Below are positions 59,857-64,000 of a DNA stretch of 64,000 bases, piece by piece. The position numbers and the translations under genes are program-made. Origin of the DNA: Lingula anatina (taxonomy: Eukaryota > Animalia > Brachiopoda). The stretch lies in the NCBI GenBank assembly GCA_051362555.1, contig CM120640.1, forward strand, positions 19,964,001-20,028,000. Reading direction: 5' to 3'. Numbering within the stretch: position 1 is the stretch's first letter; each line of letters opens with the position of its first letter. The notes beneath the pieces were generated by a model that was not told where the DNA came from, made no database searches, and saw only the letters and a list, made by a program, of their open reading frames with translations.

Positions 59857-61674
59857 TCAGCTGTGTGGAAGAATAAGGCAATGGTTTGAAAGAGGAGGTT
59901 GCCACTTATAATCCTCAAAGTTCATCAGAAATCTCTTGTAAGTTAGTTCATCTGCTTTTTCACCTGTCTTGCTTTTTCTTTCCAAGTACATGCCTGTAGA
60001 ACAAACAAAATTGGAAGACCAATGTATCTAGATGAGTTTTGTATTAAATGGATTAGGCAGTGTTTGATAAAACCCACAATTAAAAAGTAAATAAATCTGG
60101 TGACCTTTAAGCAAGTAAGCTGTTAACATTTTTCATTACCGTGGCAGTAGTAATTCATTTTAAAAGGCTTCTATGGAAAAAGTAACTAATGTAACATGGG
60201 AAAGGGGTAGCATGTGTTCATTCTGTTAATTAACAGAGATTGAAACTTACCTAAAGTTTCTCTTGGAGGGAGGGATATGCTTCTACTCCAGTTTGGATGT
60301 TCTATGGTTAATAATTGTCGAATACTTCCTGATATAAACTGAAAAGAAGTAATGTTTTCTACAATTAGATATTATTAGGCAAAATGATGGTGGATAATAC
60401 CCCAAAAACAAATTTTGACAATTACAAATACTTTCTGATATGAACTGGAAAGAAGTAATCATAGAAGTGGAGATTCATAGGCAAAATGGTAATGGGAAAA
60501 ACTCCAAAACATTTTGAAATTAACATTTCCTGAACACCAGAAGTTTTACATGTCCACTTAACTAAGACCCCATTCCCAGAGATTAGATCGATCCAAACTA
60601 GATCGACCTAACTCCCTGGGGGTTCACGCTAAATAGCTGTCAGCCGAGCGGGCATGAAAGTTAATTACCCACTTACAGCTTGTAGTAGGCGGGACGGACA
60701 TTTAAGCCGGATTATCGGACAGTAATCTAGTGAGACTCCCCACGGGGAAAGATCGATCTAAAATCTATGGGAATACGCCCTAAGATCACTGGATATAGCC
60801 AAATTTTCTAAGTCGGATTTGGTTTACTGTAGGGTTGACGTAAATTTCTTTTCCATCACTACATAACAGAGAATTCCCGTATTTCAAGATATTGTTGTAA
60901 CTAAACAGATTTAGTAAGAAAGGTTTACATTGCATTAATTGAGGTATGTACTTTTCAATGTTCATCCTCTCCCTGCATCTTTCAAAATACTTCATATACC
61001 AGTTGTAAAAAAAGGAGAGAGGAAGAGACAGGTAAATAGTTTTTTTTCACTCCATCAGTAAAAAATTTACAATAACAATATATATATATATATATATATA
61101 TATTGTGCCTAAAGTCATATATGATACTGGTAGCTTGAAAATACTGCGTCACAATACTAAGTGTGCAGGAGTATACCTGTGTTTTCTCGGTCCATGTACT
61201 TACTTTAATGTGTTCAAAATCTGTAATTCCAATCTTTGGCAATGCTGATGCAGATATCAGTATAAGTTTCTTACCATCAATTAAATTTGACACGAAACAA
61301 TCCTGTAATAAAACGAAGTTTGATTATGAAGTATAAAAAAAAAAAAAAAAAAAAACGGATGTGGACTAAACTTAAGGGTGTGTGTGTGTGTGAGAGAGAG
61401 AGAGGGGGAGATAGATTATGTCAAGAACACTTAAATCGTTACATCGTTTTACAAAACCTAATTTAACTTAATCACTAATCCACTGGGTACTGTTCTCTTG
61501 CTTACAGCCTGCAGAAAGCTTCAAAATTGACCTCTCTGTACTTACTTTATACTGTGGAAATCCTAATTCCTCTATCCACCTTCCAACTTGTTCACATGTC
61601 CATTGCTGACAACTAGGGATCCTTTCGTCCCTGAGATCTTCGTGGACAGAACGGGACGACCCTCTGCTCGACAT
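59857..61674 (-). CDS. SAMD15: Sterile alpha motif domain protein, SAMD15-like, 4 exons, 150 aa
   Basis: Exons: 61674-61546, 61302-61204, 60338-60251, 59993-59857 (453 nt; GT-AG; phases consistent). SAM domain WTCEQVGRWIEELGFPQYKDCFVSNLIDGKKLILISASALPKIGITDFEHIK, followed by the SAMD15-type tail WSRSISLPPRETLGMYLERKSKTGEKADELTY. Confidence 0.9.
60566..60780. mobile_element. PIF/Harbinger-type MITE, family A, in SAMD15 intron 2
   Basis: Ends GACCCCATTCCCAGAGATT / AATCTATGGGAATACGCCC; TSD TAA at 60563-60565 and 60781-60783. Confidence 0.88.
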
Positions 61675-61698
61675 ATTTGCTTCGTTTCTAGGGGAGAA

Positions 61699-61741
61699 TG
61701 ACGTCATGAACAGGTGCTTGTAAACGCTAGATGGCGCCAAA
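61699..61741 (-). promoter_or_regulatory. SAMD15 proximal promoter motifs: CRE plus overlapping CTCF-like/E2F-like site
   Basis: TGACGTCA (61699-61706), CGCTAGATGGCGCC (61725-61738) and GGCGCCAAA (61733-61741), all within 70 bp of the ATG. Confidence 0.45.
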
Positions 61742-62143
61742 GGTCGACGAGATGTTCAAGTCTGACAAAAATCAACGTACAACGTGAATCTAAACAGCTC
61801 AAGTGCATTATTTCTGTAACATTGCTTTAAACTGTTTGAATAAACGAAGAAACAATCCTACAAAATACGTGATTCGTCACTAATATCACTAGAATAATCA
61901 AATAAATGGCTGCAAAGAAGTTGGTAAGTGTTGATGAGTAGGACTACTGTTAAAAATAAGAGTATTGAGCATCATTCCTACTTATAATTTCACACAAAGA
62001 TTGAAGGTAGCTGTATGTATGTTATCCTAGGTAAAAACATAGATATCAGTCAAGTAGTAGTTTGTTGCCGACACGACAGAACTGTCACACAATTAAATTT
62101 AAAGGTCTTAACTTGGACGATGATTTTATGATTGTCCAGGTTG

Positions 62144-62445
62144 TGTTAGGTGAGAAATTACACTGCTAAGAGGTGTGCAACATATGAAGCGATGTCGCAC
62201 GTGCTCTGCGGCGGTCATTTATTTCTTACTGGCAGAGTGAACAGCTCAGATGGTCATGACCGTCTCTGGGCAGCCAGTTGACAGCGGATAATGGATATTC
62301 TTTTAGTTTTTCACCAGTTCAGTTTAGTACAGCTCAGTACCCAGTAAGCCTAACAGTTCTGTACACTGTGTGAATAAACAGCATTTCATATCCAGCGATG
62401 ACTCTTCGTCTTTCTTACTCGTGGTCTGCTACGTGGTCTGTAACG
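62144..62445 (+). mobile_element. Possible decayed solo LTR
   Basis: TGTTA...TAACG ends (one mismatch from TAACA), flanks GTTG/GGTG, an internal AATAAA ~70 bp from the 3' end, and higher GC than the flanks. Confidence 0.3.
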
Positions 62446-63176
62446 GGTGATGTGACGTTTTTCATAGATCAGCTGCTTGAAAATATTCTATTACACTGGA
62501 TGATAGTTAGTCAAGAAAAAAGACATTCACGGATTCGGAATGTATTATTATAACTCGGACTCTAAATAATTTTACCAAACTTAGACAAATAACTTGATTT
62601 AAAATACAAATGGAAGTTTCTGAAATTTAATTTGGCCATGAATTCACCAATAATGACGATGGGTGTTAGTTCTGTTGTTAATTGTAAAAGGGTGAAATAT
62701 TCAAGAGACTGCAATTTAAATGTTGCGAGGAATAATAAACAATCTGAAGACTGACTTGATATTTATTTTGTAGCCTATGCATGATTCACGCGTCCCGCAG
62801 TAAGGTCCTACTCATATAATTCAATTGCATGAACATTCGCTTAGAAAAAATTTGATCGTAAAGGAAATTTGTGGGTGTCGTGAAAGTTTTCAAAGACGTC
62901 ACGTTTTCTCGAAAAATTGATACGAAATTAATATGGCAGGAGTACAAAGTAAGAGATTTGAAAGCACTTGAAGCAGAAAAGATAAAACTGCATTTCAGAA
63001 AAAAAAATTGTGGCGTATGCCCATTAAGTCTTGATAAGAAAAGCAAACTTCTTTCCATCATCTGGTCATACATGTATTCTGAGGGCGTTGATTTATTTTT
63101 AAACTATGTAAAATCGTGTAACATTATGTGCACGACAAACAATGACGACACCATGTGTTTCTTTTCTGCTAACAAT

Positions 63177-63771
63177 CAGGGCCGTAGCCTGAGCGAAATG
63201 CCAGGGGGGGGGGGGGCAGTAGGTGGACACGAGGGGGCAAAGCCCCCTAGGTGGGAGGGGGTGTCCCCCTCCCACGGTGGGGAAAATTTTTAAAAACTGT
63301 ATGTATAATACTGCATTCTGGTGCATTTTAACTGTTATTTATTGCTAAATCGGAAATCAGAAATTGTGGGTTCATTTTGTCATAAGTACAGTCATTTTTT
63401 CAACACAACACTTCATTTCGTAGATTGTCTCAGGATCAGGAATAACGTTTCAAAACAGCCCTCCCAGCTTTGTTGGGCAAACACTCAGGGTGAACAATAA
63501 CCTGATAACAGCCTGGGGGATAGCTCCCTAAGGGAGGGTGAGCTTTTTTGGCATGAACTGAGTTGGCTAAAAACAGTACACCTTTGTAAACAGATTGTTG
63601 AATGATTGTTTGGTGGCCATGAGTGCATTTTCTCACAGAATTGATACCAACTTTGCAATTATTTTTTTTTTACCTTTGCGATTATTATTATTATTATTAT
63701 TATTATTTTGCACCTCAAATCCCAGGGGGGGGGGGGGGGGGGGCAGCTGCCCCCCGGAGGCTACGGCCCTG
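63177..63771. mobile_element. Non-autonomous hAT-like element, 595 bp, with a 5-bp TSD
   Basis: Perfect 13-bp TIRs CAGGGCCGTAGCC (63177-63189) and GGCTACGGCCCTG (63759-63771); subterminal G-tracts; ACAAT duplicated at 63172-63176 and 63772-63776. Confidence 0.85.
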
Positions 63772-64000
63772 ACAATACTGTCTTGCCTGTCGCTTTATCA
63801 GTTTTTATCATTATTAAAGAATTAGTATGACAATATAAATGACAACGGACCTAAGCAATCTACGTGATAGATAATCGATCGATACCGCGAAATCAAATCC
63901 CAGATTTAATTAAAACATTTTCATTAAAAAGAGACGTGATTGTTGTTATCATGCCAACGGACTAAAAATAATCCTTTCGTTGACAACGCACGGCAAGAAA

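Noticed and set aside
62871-63326. 140-aa ORF and antisense ORFs
   Set aside because: Run across the hAT-like element boundary into G-tracts; no splice or domain support.

Overview
AT-rich, intron-containing animal genomic DNA. The repeat families look like those of a marine invertebrate, probably a mollusc or other lophotrochozoan; this is inference only. Three complete spliced genes can be reconstructed by hand with consistent splice phases: (1) a mitochondrial 3-methylcrotonyl-CoA carboxylase beta-like paralog (minus strand, 11 exons, 560 aa); (2) DNA polymerase delta catalytic subunit POLD1 (plus, 24 coding exons, 1095 aa), head-to-head with gene 1; (3) a short SAMD15-like SAM-domain gene (minus, 4 exons, 150 aa). 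There is also an intron-containing tRNA-Arg(TCT) and what looks like the first coding exon (13.1-13.3 kb) of an unidentified minus-strand gene whose long introns probably cover most of 1-32 kb. The left end holds an 8-kb non-autonomous CACTA/EnSpm-type transposon containing gene remnants and an L2-like tail, with a Helentron-type element carrying a 146-bp satellite inserted into that tail. PIF/Harbinger MITEs, a fold-back MITE and a hAT-like element with a 5-bp TSD are scattered elsewhere. The strongest candidate for new biology is the carboxylase paralog: it has Gly where MCC has a pocket-closing Phe (the geranyl-CoA carboxylase-type residue), and its biotin-side C-domain motifs are degenerate. 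All alignments were done by eye; no database searches were run.
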